35,060 nucleotides of DNA from Ignavibacteria bacterium (GTDB lineage: Bacteria; Bacteroidota; Ignavibacteria; Tepidaquicellales; OLB5), in assembly GCA_030835005.1 (NCBI GenBank), contig JAUQWT010000279.1, positions 1 to 35,060 on the forward strand. Reading direction: 5' to 3'. A program made the position numbers and the translations under genes. The notes beneath the pieces were generated by a model. It did not search any database. It saw nothing but the letters and a program-made list of their open reading frames with translations, and had not been told where the DNA came from. This document shows, one piece after another, positions 32,985 through 35,060 of the stretch (position 1 is its first letter; every line of letters starts with the position of its first letter).

Positions 32985-35060
32985 ATGAAGAAAAACATAA
33001 TACTAAGTACTTTGTTATTTCTGTTAAGCTCGGTTACGGCTTTTGCAAGCGAAGCCGATCTTAAAATTCCGGATCTGAGCGCCAGCCAGAACAATATGCT
33101 GATGATAGGTATTGGAGTTTGTGTTCTTGGCCTTTTATTCGGTATAATACAGTTCCTTAAAGTCAAAAAGTTGAAGGCACACCAGTCAATGCTTGATGTT
33201 GCCCAGATAATTTACGAGACCTGTAAAACCTATCTTAATCAGCAGGGCAAATTCATAGCGATACTATTTGTATTTATTGGAGTATGTATTGCCTTTTATT
33301 TTGGTGTTCTTAATCACACCAGCATCTTCGGGGTTGGCCTTATTCTGATGTGGACAGTTATCGGTATTCTTGGTTCATTTGGCGTAGCTAAGTTCGGTAT
33401 AAGAATGAACACACTTGCAAACAGCCGTATGGCTTTTGCATCACTTGAAAGAAAACCGATCAAGCTTCTTAATATTCCTCTTGATGCGGGGATGAGCATC
33501 GGTGTTATGCTTATCTGCGTTGAGCTTATCATGATGCTGATTATCCTGCTCTTTGTTCCGCGTGAATACGCAGGCGCAAGTTTTATCGGATTTGCTATTG
33601 GTGAGTCACTCGGCGCATCCGCTCTTAGAATTGCCGGCGGTATATTCACGAAGATCGCCGATATAGGAAGCGACCTTATGAAAATTGTATTCAAGATCAA
33701 AGAAGATGACCCCCGTAACCCCGGAGTAATTGCTGATTGTACCGGTGATAACGCAGGAGATTCAGTTGGACCCACCGCAGACGGATTTGAAACATATGGC
33801 GTTACAGGCGTTGCGCTGATCAGTTTTATAGTTCTGGCAGTTCCCAATGTAATGTTCCAGACAGAGCTTTTGACATGGATCTTTGTAATGAGAATCCTCA
33901 TGATCCTTACCTCAATTGCCTCATTTTATATTAACGGTATCTGGGCAAAAGCTAAATATGGCAAATCTGAAGAGCTGGATTTTGAAAAACCTTTAACGTC
34001 GCTTGTATGGATCACCTCTATTCTTTCAATGGTAGTAACTTTTGTTATCAGCAAAGTTCTTATTGGACATTTACCCGATAATCTCTGGCTGACACTTTCC
34101 ATCATAATCAGCTGCGGCACACTTGGCGCGGCCTTGATACCCGAATTCACGAAAATTTTTACAAGTCCCAAAAGCAAACATGTTAATGAAGTTGTAACTG
34201 CCTCAAGAGAGGGCGGAGCGTCTCTGACGATACTTTCGGGTCTTGTTGCGGGTAATTTTTCTGCATTCTGGATCGGAATGGTATTTTTCTTCCTTATGAC
34301 AATTGCATATTTTGCGTCACTTTCAATTCCAGGCACTATGATTCCTGCCTATGCATCTATTTTTGCATTTGGCCTGGTAGCATTCGGAATGCTTGGTATG
34401 GGTCCGGTAACAATTGCAGTTGATAGTTACGGACCGGTAACCGATAATGCCCAGTCGATCTATGAGCTTTCACTAATTGAATCCCGCGAAGGTATTTCCG
34501 CAGAGATAGAAAGAGATTTTGGATTTAAACCTGATTTTGAAAAAGCAAAACATTACCTCGAAGCAAATGACGGAGCAGGGAATACATTTAAAGCTACTGC
34601 AAAGCCGGTGCTAATTGGTACGGCAGTTGTGGGAGCGACAACCATGATATTCTCGCTTATTCTTGTAATTAAAAATACTCTTGGCATTCAACCCGAGGCA
34701 ATACTCAGCATTCTTAATCCCTATTCGATCCTTGGGTTTATTTGCGGGGGTGCTGTAATATACTGGTTCACAGGTGCGTCAACACAGGCGGTAACAACAG
34801 GCGCATACAGAGCAGTTGAGTATATCAAGAAAAATATCAATCTTGATGAAGATGCAAGTATGAGCGCATCGACTGAAAAATCAAAAGAAGTTGTGAAAAT
34901 CTGCACAAAGTATGCTCAGACAGGTATGTTCAACATATTTATCGCAATCTTTTCATTTGCGCTTGCTTTCGCATTCTTTTCTGCGCCGGGCAAAACAAAT
35001 GAGCCTGTTGCATTTTTTATCAGCTTCCTGATTTCAATTGCGGTGTTTGGCCTGTTCCAG
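32985..35060 (+). CDS. hppA: membrane-bound proton/sodium-translocating pyrophosphatase (M-PPase), divergent subtype; 3' end beyond the window
   Basis: Frame is open from the ATG at 32985 to the window end (692 codons, not in the ORF track). My translation includes [55 protein letters not shown] and [19 protein letters not shown]. These are variants of the canonical GGG(I/L)[41 protein letters not shown] and GNTT(A/K)A motifs. The long antisense ORFs in the track are artefacts. Confidence 0.85.
   Translation, partial: [692 protein letters not shown]

Noticed and set aside
33314-34336. Long minus-strand ORFs of 195 aa and 136 aa (plus a 61-aa one at 34721-34906)
   Set aside because: They are antisense to the pyrophosphatase gene, whose plus-strand translation carries the diagnostic M-PPase motifs. 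The antisense products are Ile/Pro/Ser-rich with no motifs.
1-35060. CRISPR arrays, IS elements, prophage or toxin-antitoxin/defence operons
   Set aside because: I saw no regularly spaced 25-40-nt repeats. I found no transposase, integrase or Cas-like ORFs, no phage structural genes, and no paired small-ORF modules on either strand.

Overview
35-kb chromosomal segment from an AT-rich bacterium. It is probably an Ignavibacteria/Bacteroidota-type (FCB group) organism, because four secreted proteins end in a T9SS C-terminal sorting domain (NYPNPFNP...KKM(I/L)LVK). About 35 protein genes are supportable. The left third (1.5-11.2 kb, minus strand) looks accessory: a lipoprotein, four T9SS cargo proteins (three are beta-propellers), an OmpR/HisKA two-component pair, a small Cys-rich hyperacidic protein and a decayed T9SS-CTD remnant. 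The rest is mostly housekeeping. It holds aspartase-like lyase and alanine racemase; an envelope-glycan block (GDP-mannose pyrophosphorylase, GT9 heptosyltransferase, O-antigen-ligase/TPR); MscS; a minus-strand run of NIF3-like protein, COG1579 zinc-ribbon protein, RNase HI and RNase P RNA; a putative sphingolipid locus (SPT-like alpha-oxoamine synthase, SDR, desaturase-family protein); L25/Ctc; Pth; and a divergent membrane pyrophosphatase that runs off the right edge. RNA genes are tRNA-Leu(GAG) and a type-A RNase P RNA, which the ORF track masks with a false 103-aa ORF. I see no CRISPR array, integrase, transposase or recognisable defence operon, so I cannot point to a clear novel multi-gene system. 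The best leads are: (1) an unassigned GC-rich, about 170-nt multi-hairpin element directly 3' of the 705-aa T9SS gene; (2) the SPT-centred lipid locus; (3) a NIF3 relative reduced to its insert domain in a conserved nucleic-acid-linked neighbourhood; (4) several orphan proteins.
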